35,494 bases of DNA, taken from IMG/VR virus record IMGVR_UViG_2531839180_000004, positions 1 to 35,494 of that record, one strand, 5' to 3'. How positions within the stretch are numbered: the stretch's first letter is position 1; every line of letters starts with the position of its first letter. This DNA comes from a virus (Duplodnaviria; Heunggongvirae; Uroviricota; Caudoviricetes). Both the position numbers and the translations under genes were made by a program. Below, in pieces: positions 17,579 through 27,100 of the stretch. The notes under the pieces were generated by a model. It did not search any database and was not told the DNA's origin. It worked only from the letters and a program-made list of their open reading frames with translations.

Positions 17579-18379
17579 TTAACCGCGCTTCGCCTTCTGC
17601 GTCGCGGTGGTTTTTCGTGTTGCAGGCTTCCGCGTTGTCTTTTTACTTTTGCTGCTTTCGTCCTGCGTCTGCTGTGCGCTGGCGTCTTCTGGTGCGGCTG
17701 CGGAATCGGCTTTTTTCAGAGCGCGGGAAAGGGTTGCAATCTCGCGTTTCACACCTGCGTTCGGGTTCAGGTGCATCGCTTCGCGCAGCAGCTTCAGTGA
17801 TGAGGCCATGCTGTCCGCATCGCTCAGGCTACGGCGGGCAAAGGCGCACGCTTTGCATAATTTGGCTCGCACTTCGTCCGGCATATCCTGGTTGGCGACA
17901 ATTTCCCAAAGTGTGTCCAGTGGTTCGATAAAGGCGGACAAATCCGCGTCGGCATCCGTCCCGGCCTGCGTCAGTACCGGGTTGCAGATTTCTTCGGTCA
18001 GTACCGTGGCAGCAGTACGGCCAAAGTTATCCGGCATGATGAGGTTGTGACGGACCACATACGCACCAATACGCAGCGCAAGCGGAAGATCGCCGCAGTC
18101 AATTGCCCACACCATCAGCGTGGCAATCACTTCATCCTGCTGCCCGCCGTCAGCCTCCAGCGTTCCCTCAATCCAGCCGGAAAAGTCCGGCAACAACTCT
18201 TTTTTGATGGCGGCTTTCGCGCTTCTGGCCTGTACGCCCTTAAGTCGGGCCTGTGCCAGACGCAGACGATACAGCACCTCTTCATGCGCGGTACGCGCGG
18301 CGTGGTCCACGCCTTCATTCGCCCGGCCTGCGCGCTGTGCCATCACGTTCTGCCAGTGTTGCTGTGCAGGAGTAATCAT
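17579..18379 (-). CDS. M: terminase endonuclease (small) subunit M
   Basis: 266 aa with a basic Lys/Thr-rich C-terminal tail, in the M position between N and L. Confidence 0.85.
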   Translation of the reverse strand: MITPAQQHWQNVMAQRAGRANEGVDHAARTAHEEVLYRLRLAQARLKGVQARSAKAAIKKELLPDFSGWIEGTLEADGGQQDEVIATLMVWAIDCGDLPLALRIGAYVVRHNLIMPDNFGRTAATVLTEEICNPVLTQAGTDADADLSAFIEPLDTLWEIVANQDMPDEVRAKLCKACAFARRSLSDADSMASSLKLLREAMHLNPNAGVKREIATLSRALKKADSAAAPEDASAQQTQDESSKSKKTTRKPATRKTTATQKAKRG

Positions 18380-18424
18380 TTTTTCTCTCCGTTACAGGCG
18401 GGCATGATGCCCGCCGTGAGTTGA

Positions 18425-19476
18425 TTAGCTGTCGGCGAACTTCAGGCCAGTGACCATCGCGCACTTGCCATAGTCTTCAACGACATAAGCGTCATTGATG
18501 GACTGGTAGGTGGCGATGCGGTTGTATTCCGGCTCGTCTTTCATCAGGCGACGCATTGTTCCTTTCTGCCAGTAAATCGACAGGTTGTTGAACGAGGTGA
18601 TCAGCATCGTTGAATCCGGGAAGAACGGCGCAAGGAATACATCCAGTCCGCCAATGGCGCGCGATGACAGGATGAGCTGTCCGGCAAGTAATTCCGCATT
18701 GGGATTCTGGCCGCTGATGCTGTTCAGCACGGGCAGACGCAGCGAGTTAAACAGGTTGCGCCCCATAATCACCACGAGGTCGTCAGCTTCCTTGTGCCAT
18801 TCATCCAGCAGGGATGAGCGCGCGTCCTGTACCAGTGCATCAGCGTTCGCATACTTACCCGCGTGCGCCACGGTGTTGTCCATGTTGCGGGAGGTCAGCG
18901 TCACGTCATTCATTACGCGCTCGCTGGCGTCGGTTCTGATGTGCTCCAGCCATCCCACGTTAACGTCCTGAAGCAGCTTGTTGGTGCTGAAGTTGGACTC
19001 ATCTGCGTGAGACGTGCCGTTGAAACCGATCATGATGCGGTCAAGCGCCACCTGCCGGGCAATCTGTGTGCTGACGCGTGACTGAAAATCAGGGTGTGCC
19101 GCCCAGGCATCAAGCTGCGGATACGAAATAAACGTGTCGTAGTTCACCTGTTCGCACTGATATTTGCGGTTTTTCAGATCAACCACGTTATTCGGGTTAC
19201 GGCGTTTTGTGCCGTCATAACTGGTATTCGTGCGCGCAATCGGCCCGGTGGTGTCCAGGAGGATTTTTTCGCCTTTCTGGTCGGTCACACCGAACACGTT
19301 AATTTTTTTGTAAATTCAGTGCTCTCCTTTACTGCGTTTTCAAAACGCTGCTGCACCGAGGGTTCCACGGTAAATCGCGATACCAGTGCAGATACCGGGA
19401 TGTTGTTAAGCGACGCCTGCTGCGCCATATAGCAACCCAGCTTGTTGCGGGTAATATCTGACATCACCAGATTCAT
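18425..19476 (-). pseudogene. N: major capsid protein N, interrupted by a frameshift in a homopolymer run
   Basis: N-terminal 63 aa (19285..19476, ...FTVEPSVQQRFENAVKESTEF) and the remaining 290 aa (18425..19297, ...VTDQKGEKI) both align with P2 N but lie in different frames. The junction is an A7 run on the coding strand. Confidence 0.85.
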
Positions 19477-19499
19477 AAAAAATTTGCTCCTTTGTCTTA

Positions 19500-20336
19500 T
19501 CAGAAGTCAGCCAGTTGATCGGAGGCTGCGCCCGTTGCGGTGAACCGGTTTTGCGGATCGCCGTCCTGCGTGCGCAGTTTTTCCTTCAGTGCTGTCAGCT
19601 CTGTGGTCAGTGACGTGATTTTCTGGCGGTCCTGCTGATGGCGGGTTTCCAGCACATTAAAACGGTCGATAATGTCGGCCTGTGACGTTGCGACGCCTTC
19701 CACCGCTTCCTGAATACGGGAGAAACTGGCGTCATCCGCTTTGCGGCCACGACCAATAATCCCCATTACGCGGTTAAACCACTGGGTGCCTTCTTCCTGG
19801 CTTTGTTCTGCCATTTCGATGATTTCAGACTCGATGGCTTTGGAAATGAGCGGTGCTTCACCCTGGACACTGTTGAACGTCATCACCGCCTGACGTTGCT
19901 GTGCCGTGAATTTCAGGCGCTCAGTGCCCAGGCTTGCCGGGGTGTCGGTCATCGCCAGCCCGACCAGATAGGCGCGCCCGTTAACGGAGAACTGCGGGTG
20001 CAGTTCGATACTGGAATAGATTTTCTTGCCGTCCGCGACAAGCTGCTTCATGCGCTCGGTCGGTTCGATTTCTGCATACAGCGCAGTACGTCCGGCCAGC
20101 GGACCTTCCGTAATGTCTTCCGTACTCAGTGCGGTGACATCGCCCATTGCGGAAAATTCGCTTGACGGGCATGGCGAGAGATAGTGCTCAACGTTCACGC
20201 GGGCAGCGTAAACATCCGGGTTGAAGTTCTCGGCGGCTTCACGCAGATGTACCGGGCTGATTTCGCGGCCATCAACAGTTGATCCGGAGACAGCCACGCG
20301 AAACTTTTTGCGGGATGTCTTTTTTTCATTAGCCAT
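19500..20336 (-). CDS. O: capsid scaffolding protein O
   Basis: From the internal Met MANEKK; FRVAVSGSTVDGREISPVHLREAAENFNP aligns with P2 O. Confidence 0.9.
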   Translation of the reverse strand: MANEKKTSRKKFRVAVSGSTVDGREISPVHLREAAENFNPDVYAARVNVEHYLSPCPSSEFSAMGDVTALSTEDITEGPLAGRTALYAEIEPTERMKQLVADGKKIYSSIELHPQFSVNGRAYLVGLAMTDTPASLGTERLKFTAQQRQAVMTFNSVQGEAPLISKAIESEIIEMAEQSQEEGTQWFNRVMGIIGRGRKADDASFSRIQEAVEGVATSQADIIDRFNVLETRHQQDRQKITSLTTELTALKEKLRTQDGDPQNRFTATGAASDQLADF

Positions 20337-20404
20337 AGTTTTTGCCCCTCTGACTGGTTCTTCAGTCATGATGGCAAAGCGTAACAGGCTGATACAAAGG
20401 GCTT

Positions 20405-20429
20405 TTGTTGTAAGAAAACGGCCAGAACA
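20405..20429. promoter_or_regulatory. candidate late-promoter activator site (TTGTTGT-N12-AGAACA) in the divergent O/P region
   Basis: Same motif as at 3497-3520, located in the divergent O/P intergenic region. Confidence 0.3.
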
Positions 20430-20490
20430 GGGGGTTAAGGAGAACAGTTTCGCGCGCGGGTAATCTTCCTGTAATTACTCAGGGGGAGCA

Positions 20491-22242
20491 ATGATTCAGG
20501 ACGCTTTTGTGCGCCAGCGTGCGCGGCAACTTTACTGGCAGGGTTATCCGCCCGCAGAAATATCACGTCTGATGGGAATAAACCCGAACACGATTTATGC
20601 GTGGAAAAAACGCGACCAGTGGGATGAAACGCCACCCGTGCAGCGTGTCACGCAGTCCATCGATGCGCGCCTCATCCAGCTCACTGAAAAACAGAATAAA
20701 ACAGGTGGTGACTTCAAGGAAATAGACCTGCTGACCCGGCAGCTTAAAAAACTGCATGATGGCCAGCCGGATGCGACGGCCACAGGAAAGAAAGGCCGGG
20801 CGAAAAAACTCAAAAATCATTTCACGCCGGAACAGATTGCCGCACTGCGGGAAAAAATCATCAGCAGGCTGGAGTGGCATCAGCGGGGCTGGTTTGACTC
20901 CCTGACCCTTTGCAGGGAAGCCGGGATACGTAACAGGATGATCCTGAAATCCCGACAGATTGGGGCGACCTGGTATTTTGCACAGGAAGCTCTGCTGATG
21001 GCGCTGCGTGACGATGTGGCGCAACCTTACCAGCGTAACCAGATTTTTTTGTCTGCGTCGCGTCGTCAGGCGTTCCAGTTTAAAAGCATTATTCAGAAGG
21101 CCGCGGCTGAAGTTGATGTGGAGCTGAAAGGGGGCGATAAAATCATCCTCTCCAACGGCGCAGAGCTGCATTTTCTCGGCACTTCTGCTGCGTCGGCACA
21201 GTCCTATACGGGCAATTTTTATTTTGATGAATTTTTCTGGGTCAGTCGCTTTGCTGAACTGCGCAAGGTAGCTGGCGCTATGGCAACCCTCAGCGGACTG
21301 CGGCGCACCTACTTCTCCACGCCATCCACCGAAACGCACGAGGCATACGCCTACTGGAACGGCGACCGCTGGAACGAGAAAAAGGCCTCGCATAAACGCC
21401 AGCGTTTTTCTGTGGACTGGAAAACGCTGCATAACGGGCTTATCTGCCCTGACCGGACGTGGCGGCAAATTGTCACGCTGGAAGATGTGGTTAATCACGG
21501 CTGGAAACACACCGATATTGACGAAATCCGTGATGAAAACACCGAAGACGAGTTCCTCAATCTCTATATGTGTGAGTTTGTTCGCGAAGGGGAATCGGCA
21601 TTTAACCTGAATATCCTGATTGGCTGCGGTGTTGACGGATACGACGACTGGAAAGACTGGAAACCTTTTGCTCCCCGCCCGATGGGGAATCGTCCGGTAT
21701 GGATTGGGTATGACGCAAACGGCAGCAGTGGCAACGGCGACAGCGGCGCTGTGTCCGTGGTGGTTCCTCCGGCTGTTCCTGGTGGCCGTTTTCGAACGGT
21801 GGAGACGCGACGCGTTCAGGGGCTGGAGTTTGAAGAACAGGCCAGAGTCATTGAAGAGTTCACGTGTCGCTACAACGTGGAACACATCGGCATTGATGTG
21901 ACGGGCGGGAACGGGGAGGCTGTTTATCAGATAGTGAAGCGGTTTTTCCCTGCTGCTATTCCGTACACCTTCACGCTGTCATCCAAACGGTCGCTGGTAC
22001 TGAAAATGCTGCAAATAATGCGTGCCGGACGCTGGGAATACGATCGCGCCGAACGCGAGCTGGTCGCGGCCTTTAACGCCGTGCGTAAGGTGAAAACACC
22101 GGGCGGCTTTATCACTTACGAAACGGACCGCGCGAGGGGGATCAGCCACGGCGACCTTGCGTGGGCAACCATGCTTGCTGTCATTAACGAACCAATTGGC
22201 GGCGAAGGAGAAAACGAGCGTTTCACGGTTATGGAGTTCTGA
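20491..22242 (+). CDS. P: terminase ATPase (large) subunit P
   Basis: 583 aa with a P2 P-like N-terminus and nuclease region. Confidence 0.95.
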   Translation: MIQDAFVRQRARQLYWQGYPPAEISRLMGINPNTIYAWKKRDQWDETPPVQRVTQSIDARLIQLTEKQNKTGGDFKEIDLLTRQLKKLHDGQPDATATGKKGRAKKLKNHFTPEQIAALREKIISRLEWHQRGWFDSLTLCREAGIRNRMILKSRQIGATWYFAQEALLMALRDDVAQPYQRNQIFLSASRRQAFQFKSIIQKAAAEVDVELKGGDKIILSNGAELHFLGTSAASAQSYTGNFYFDEFFWVSRFAELRKVAGAMATLSGLRRTYFSTPSTETHEAYAYWNGDRWNEKKASHKRQRFSVDWKTLHNGLICPDRTWRQIVTLEDVVNHGWKHTDIDEIRDENTEDEFLNLYMCEFVREGESAFNLNILIGCGVDGYDDWKDWKPFAPRPMGNRPVWIGYDANGSSGNGDSGAVSVVVPPAVPGGRFRTVETRRVQGLEFEEQARVIEEFTCRYNVEHIGIDVTGGNGEAVYQIVKRFFPAAIPYTFTLSSKRSLVLKMLQIMRAGRWEYDRAERELVAAFNAVRKVKTPGGFITYETDRARGISHGDLAWATMLAVINEPIGGEGENERFTVMEF

Positions 22243-23288
22243 TGAGCAGAAAAAATAAAAAAGTGCGCATGAGTTCACGCATTGATCTCGCTGATGCGCT
22301 CAGGAAAGAATCATCGCTCAGTGCATTCACATTTGATGGTCCTTATCGCCTGACCGGGCATGACCTGCTGGACAATATGTACTGTGCTGATAACGGGCGG
22401 TGGTATGAAACCCCGGTAGACTGGTACGGTCTGGCAAGAGCTGCCCGGCAAACGTCCTGGCATCAGTCTGCGCTTTACTTTAAGCGCAATGTATTGCTCG
22501 GCTGCTATATTCCGCACCCGCTGCTTTCCCGGCAGGATTTCTCGGCGCTGGCGCTGGACTGGTTTGTGTTCGGTAACGCATTCCTTGAGCTTCGAAGCAA
22601 TATGCTCGGCGAACCGCTTAAATTACGGCACGCCCTGGCGAAATACATGCGACGCGGAAGCGATCTTGAATCATGGTGGTATGTGCAGGATGGCAAGGAT
22701 GCGTTTCAGTTTCGCCCTGGTAAAGTGTGCCACCTGATGAATCCTGACATTAACCAGGAAATCTACGGCATGCCGGAATATCTTGGCGCATTACTCTCGG
22801 CCAGCCTGTCTCATTCGGCGGACATGTTCAGAAAACTGTATTACGACAACGGATCCCACGCCGGGTGCATCATCTACATCGGTGCAGCGCAGGTAAACCG
22901 CGAAAGCATGGACTCCCTGAAAGAAACGCTACAGGGTGCACGTGGTGGTGGTGCGTTTAAAAACGTGCTCATTCATGCCCCCAACGGTGGCAAAGAGGGG
23001 GTGCAAATTTTGCCGTTCCAGCAGATCACCGCAAAGGATGAGTTCATGAATGTTAAGGCGGCATCCCGTGATGATGTGCTGGCTGCGCACCGCGTTCCGC
23101 CGCAACTGATGGGGGCGATGCCGGGCGAAAAAAGTGCGTTTGGTGATGTGGAGAAGGCCGCGCGGGTTTACGCAATTAACGAGCTGATGCCCGTCATGGA
23201 GGCCATGAAGCACATCAATGACTGGCTTGGCGAAGAGGTGATCCGCTTTAACCCTTACGCACTGTTAGATACCCAGCCCACATCCTGA
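22242..23288 (+). CDS. Q: portal (capsid vertex) protein Q
   Basis: 348 aa, P2 Q-like; start overlaps the P stop (TGATG). Confidence 0.95.
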   Translation: MSRKNKKVRMSSRIDLADALRKESSLSAFTFDGPYRLTGHDLLDNMYCADNGRWYETPVDWYGLARAARQTSWHQSALYFKRNVLLGCYIPHPLLSRQDFSALALDWFVFGNAFLELRSNMLGEPLKLRHALAKYMRRGSDLESWWYVQDGKDAFQFRPGKVCHLMNPDINQEIYGMPEYLGALLSASLSHSADMFRKLYYDNGSHAGCIIYIGAAQVNRESMDSLKETLQGARGGGAFKNVLIHAPNGGKEGVQILPFQQITAKDEFMNVKAASRDDVLAAHRVPPQLMGAMPGEKSAFGDVEKAARVYAINELMPVMEAMKHINDWLGEEVIRFNPYALLDTQPTS

Positions 23289-23312
23289 CGCGCTTCGCTT
23301 GTCTGCTGCTTC

Positions 23313-23341
23313 GCCGGGGCATAAAAAATTTATGCCCCGAC
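23313..23341 (+). terminator. hairpin downstream of Q (GGGGCATAAA-AAA-TTTATGCCCC)
   Basis: Perfect 10-bp inverted repeat about 25 bp after the Q stop, but no clear U-tract. Confidence 0.35.
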
Positions 23342-23710
23342 TCTCCAGCTCCTGTATCAATCAGATAATTTCACGACGCTTTTCTGCTTATTGCCATCAT
23401 CGGCGGTCAGACTCTTACGCAATCCCACCGCGTTGACTGCATGTTATTCGCCGCCTCAGTGCGATTTTGACGGCCTTACCTTTCACCCCATCAAATCAGA
23501 ATCCCTCACGTATTTTTCACGCTCAGCGTGAGAAATACAGCCATTCTGTTGTGTCTCTGCGACATCGTTCAGGGAATGCTATTTACCCCCTGAAACGCGG
23601 GCTGTTCCCCCGTCACCTGCGCGCAGAAAAAGCGCGTTTTTTTGTGCACGCACGGATCCCTGACGGATCCAGCCGCCACGCGGGCCAGAAGGGCAAAAAT
23701 TCGTTCAAAA

Positions 23711-23741
23711 AAATTGTGCAAATTTGTGCACTATTGTGCGC
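23711..23741. promoter_or_regulatory. three direct TTGTGC(A/G) repeats at 10-11 bp spacing upstream of the ATPase gene
   Basis: ATTGTGCA, TTTGTGCA and ATTGTGCG roughly one helical turn apart, about 90 bp upstream of the ATG at 23826. Confidence 0.35.
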
Positions 23742-23825
23742 TAAATCGAATCCCTGTATTGCTTACCAGCTCATTACATGTAAACTCAACAGGTAGCAAT
23801 ATTTACTTCCAAAAGGTGGAACAAA

Positions 23826-25025
23826 ATGGCTTTTACAAAAATCAGAATCGATAATCTGTTTTGCTTTGAAAATAGCATCCTTGACTTAAGCTTCTCCAGA
23901 CCCCCGATCAACAGCTCACTGGAAGGTGAGTACATTGATGGATTTGAAAAGTTCTACTTCAAAAAGGTTTGCATCGTTTCTGGTGCTAATGCATCTGGTA
24001 AAACATCTCTTGGTCGCGTGATGCTTTCTGTGTTGCGTTTTCTCAGTAGTGGTGTTTTCAATCCAGAACCGTTAAAAATTACTGACAAAAGAAAACCTGC
24101 ATATATAGAGGTTGACTTTTTCCAGAGTCATTTAAAATGTTTGTTTAGGGCAGGTGTCTGGCTTAGGGCTATGGATGAGTCTGTTGTTGTAGAAAAAATT
24201 GCAATGGCATCTGTTGATTTAAGAAGCTCGGAATCATGCGCAAAGACGACCAAAAGATTGGATGCTGTGTGGGATGCGCAAAAGTTTGAATTAAATGGTC
24301 AAAATAGATTTTTTTCAACCGAAAACGCTAACTCAAAAGAATTTTCCCAATATTTAGAGGATTTGGACTTTGTTCTTGGTTGGCATTTCATTCTATCTGA
24401 AAACCAAGAGAACACGGATAAAATATCACGAATTAAGAAGAATGTGCTTAATAGCATATTAAAAACCTTTGACAATACTGTTAAATCTGTCTCAGGACTC
24501 ACTCTTAAAGATGATGAGGGAAAGGAGGATTTGCAGGGTTATTCAGTAGTCTTCAATAATGGAGATAGAGTTATTATTGATATGGAAGGTGATATAACAA
24601 ATAAAGATAGACTGTCTCGTGGTACTTATGAGGCAGTAAAAATATCCCATCTCCTGTCAGGAGTGCTTGAAGATAAAATAGAAGAGCGAGAGTTCAATTT
24701 CCCTTGCAGTGGGGTGTACTTTTTGGATGAGAAAATGGCCTTCACTCATACTGAATTAGAAAAAATGATGGTCACGCTGATTATATCTAAGCTTTGCAGA
24801 TATGGTCAATTTATATACACCACACATAATTATGATATCTTGAGCTTAGATCTGCCTACGCATTCATATACTTTTACTAAAAAAGTAGATGGTGTAACCA
24901 CTTTTGTTGAAGCTACCACACATCATAAAAAGAATGATCGCAATCTTTTAAATAAAGTAAAAAATGACTGTTTTGCAACAATACCTGACGTTTCATTAAT
25001 CGAAGAGATGCTATTTGAGGATTGA
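23826..25025 (+). CDS. ABC-type/AAA_21-like ATPase (cargo, candidate defence ATPase)
   Basis: Walker A GANASGKTS, Walker B VYFLDE, H-loop-like TTHN. AT-rich. AAGGTGG Shine-Dalgarno before the ATG. Confidence 0.85.
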   Translation: MAFTKIRIDNLFCFENSILDLSFSRPPINSSLEGEYIDGFEKFYFKKVCIVSGANASGKTSLGRVMLSVLRFLSSGVFNPEPLKITDKRKPAYIEVDFFQSHLKCLFRAGVWLRAMDESVVVEKIAMASVDLRSSESCAKTTKRLDAVWDAQKFELNGQNRFFSTENANSKEFSQYLEDLDFVLGWHFILSENQENTDKISRIKKNVLNSILKTFDNTVKSVSGLTLKDDEGKEDLQGYSVVFNNGDRVIIDMEGDITNKDRLSRGTYEAVKISHLLSGVLEDKIEEREFNFPCSGVYFLDEKMAFTHTELEKMMVTLIISKLCRYGQFIYTTHNYDILSLDLPTHSYTFTKKVDGVTTFVEATTHHKKNDRNLLNKVKNDCFATIPDVSLIEEMLFED

Positions 25026-25027
25026 TT

Positions 25028-25564
25028 ATGGCAGTTAAGAAATTTGCTATTATTCTTGTTGAGGGAGATACGGAAAAAGCATTGTTTCAGGATTTCAAAA
25101 CATTGCTAGGCTATCCTATTAAGAAAATAGTAATTGCTAATTTATGGAATGTTAATATAAATAAATACATGCCAGCATTAACCGAAAATAGCGAAATCAT
25201 AGTGGTTTTTGATACGGATAGGATTGAGAATCTTGATAGATTTAAGAATAATCTCAATCTATTAAAGGCGAAAAAACACACAATCCACCTATTTCAACAA
25301 ACAAGCAATTTTGAGGATGAGCTTGCCAATGCTTGTGGTGTAAGTAATAGAAAGTTGTATTCTTGTTTTTGCCCAAAGATCATTTCTGCAGATAACTTCA
25401 AGAATGAATTCATTGCGCTGCGCAACAGGATGATGAAATTAGATGGACTTGGACTAAATAAAACGTTGCTTTGGAGTAGAGGGATTATCCCCCAATTGAG
25501 AGATTATAATTTTCATGTTTCCTCTCATGATGATTATTTTTATAAAAATAATAGTCCTCATTAA
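25028..25564 (+). CDS. Toprim-like small protein (RloB/DUF4276-like) coupled to the ATPase
   Basis: N-terminal FAIILVEGDTE and VVFDTD acidic motifs match the Toprim/OLD-type pattern. ATG 2 bp after the ATPase stop with a GAGGA Shine-Dalgarno. AT-rich. Confidence 0.7.
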   Translation: MAVKKFAIILVEGDTEKALFQDFKTLLGYPIKKIVIANLWNVNINKYMPALTENSEIIVVFDTDRIENLDRFKNNLNLLKAKKHTIHLFQQTSNFEDELANACGVSNRKLYSCFCPKIISADNFKNEFIALRNRMMKLDGLGLNKTLLWSRGIIPQLRDYNFHVSSHDDYFYKNNSPH

Positions 25565-25675
25565 GATAAACATATTTTAAGACACAAGACCGCCAGCTAG
25601 GCGGCCTTATATCTTTGACGCTCGACTCCTTATTTGTTGATTGTTTTCAGAACTGGAAACCTCCCGTGCAAAGTT

Positions 25676-25987
25676 CTAATCGGGAAATAACGCCCGGATA
25701 TTTCCGGCCATCTGACTGGTTATCTGTGCGGTGGGGGCTGTCTGTAACATGTGGCGTTCTGCCCTGGTTTGTGTCACTGATAACGCCTCATCGTCAGCCC
25801 ATGCAGCCAGTCGTTAAGCCTCTGCCGGATTCATTTTCAGAAGTGCCAGCCCGGCCAGAAAAGCCACGCGTTGGCCGCTTTTGCGGGCTTCTGGTGTAAG
25901 GCTGTCCAGCCAGGCGCATGCTTCGCCTTCGTTCTTGACGGCGGCGGGCTTCAGATAGAAACTTATCCGTCTGGTTGGTGTCGTCAT
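25676..25987 (-). pseudogene. ParR-like partition adaptor interrupted by an in-frame TAA
   Basis: From Met MTTPTRRISFYLKP the N-terminus resembles R1 ParR, then an in-frame TAA. The continuation in the same frame (...ITSQMAGNIRALFPD) resembles the ParR C-terminal region. Confidence 0.5.
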
Positions 25988-25991
25988 TGGT

Positions 25992-26951
25992 TTACTCCTT
26001 GTCCATTGCGTACAAACCATTGACCAGAGCAAACTGTGGCACCCCGTCCGCGATGAAAGTCGCATTAACTCCGCAGGCTTCGCGGATAGCGGGTGCCACA
26101 ATCTCCGCCCCTCCACCGACAACCATCACCCGCCCGTAACCCGAAAAACCCGCCAGCGCGCGGATCACTCGTTGTTTCAGTGTTTCTTCCTTTTCACGAA
26201 TAACCGCCATCAGGCTGTCGTAATGCGCGTCATTGTGGATGTGCTGGCGCAGCCAGGCTTCATCATGGCGATGTTCGATAATGGTATTGGCGATGTGGTG
26301 ACTGGTGCGCATACCGTTAGTGGCCATCACCGACAGTACGGCATCGGCCATCAGAGAAACGCCTACGTGTGGATCGCAAAACACCTGGCTGATACCTGCC
26401 AGTTACCCCTGAACCTTTGCCACATCCAGCGTGGTTCCGCCCAAATCCACAATCAGCAGGGATTCAAACGGACTCATGTCAGCCAGTGCCTTAAAGCCAG
26501 CCGGAATGGATTCAGGCATAACCCGCACGTTACGGATAGTGAATGCTTCGCCGTTCTGGTACTCCACCGGGCGCATAACGTTCGCTTTTTTGCGGTTGAT
26601 GTTGGCCATGTCCGGCTGTGCGTTTGTGTCGAAATACTCGCTCAGTGGCAGGGTGACAACCACATCCACCTCCTGTGGCGTGATGCCTGATTTGACCAGC
26701 GCGTGATGAATGGCAATGACATTCACATCGCTGTATTGGTATTGCGTGTCGGTCGTCTGGACAAAGCGATCGCTGACCGGATCAAAACCATAGCGCACGC
26801 CATCAAGCATGTAGTTCGCGGGCTGCGTGCCACCGAACGGCGCAGACCATTCCGACTTGAAGCTGTTCGGGCTGATGGCGTTGCGGCGTTCGCCGTTCTC
26901 AGTCCATGCCAGCTTGATGTTGGTGGAGCCGTCGTCGATACAAATTTTCAT
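25992..26951 (-). pseudogene. ParM/StbA-like actin-type segregation ATPase interrupted by one in-frame stop codon
   Basis: MKICIDDGSTNIKLAW...DLGGTTLD...VMVVGGGAE is colinear with plasmid R1 ParM. ORFs 26403..26951 and 25992..26384 are in the same frame, separated by a single TAA and six sense codons. Confidence 0.8.
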
Positions 26952-26975
26952 GTCGATTTTCCTTATGTTGATTAA

Positions 26976-27100
26976 TTAATCGTTTACGGGATTCTGAAAT
27001 CCCGCTTTTGCCTGTTTTGTGTGCGCTTCATATATCGCGGCGCGTTTTTTGCTCATTTACGGGATTCGTGAGTCCCGTTTCTGTCTGTTTTTTGTTTCCA
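26976..27100. repeat. two copies of a ~45-bp direct repeat, each with an internal GGGATTC...(A/G)TCCC hairpin, upstream of parM and overlapping the 3' end of A
   Basis: TTTACGGGATTCTGAAATCCCGCTTTTGCCTGTTTTGTGT and TTTACGGGATTCGTGAGTCCCGTTTCTGTCTGTTTTTTGT, about 75 bp apart. Confidence 0.5.

Noticed and set aside
20563-21885. 440-aa - strand ORF antisense to terminase P
   Set aside because: Completely overlaps the P coding sequence on the opposite strand, with low-complexity Arg/Pro-rich composition; treated as a spurious open frame.
23289-23825. Expected cos site (P2 cohesive-end sequence) between Q and the cargo ATPase
   Set aside because: This is where cos should lie, but I could not find a convincing match to the remembered P2/186 19-nt cohesive-end sequence by eye; not annotated. 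A targeted alignment would settle it.
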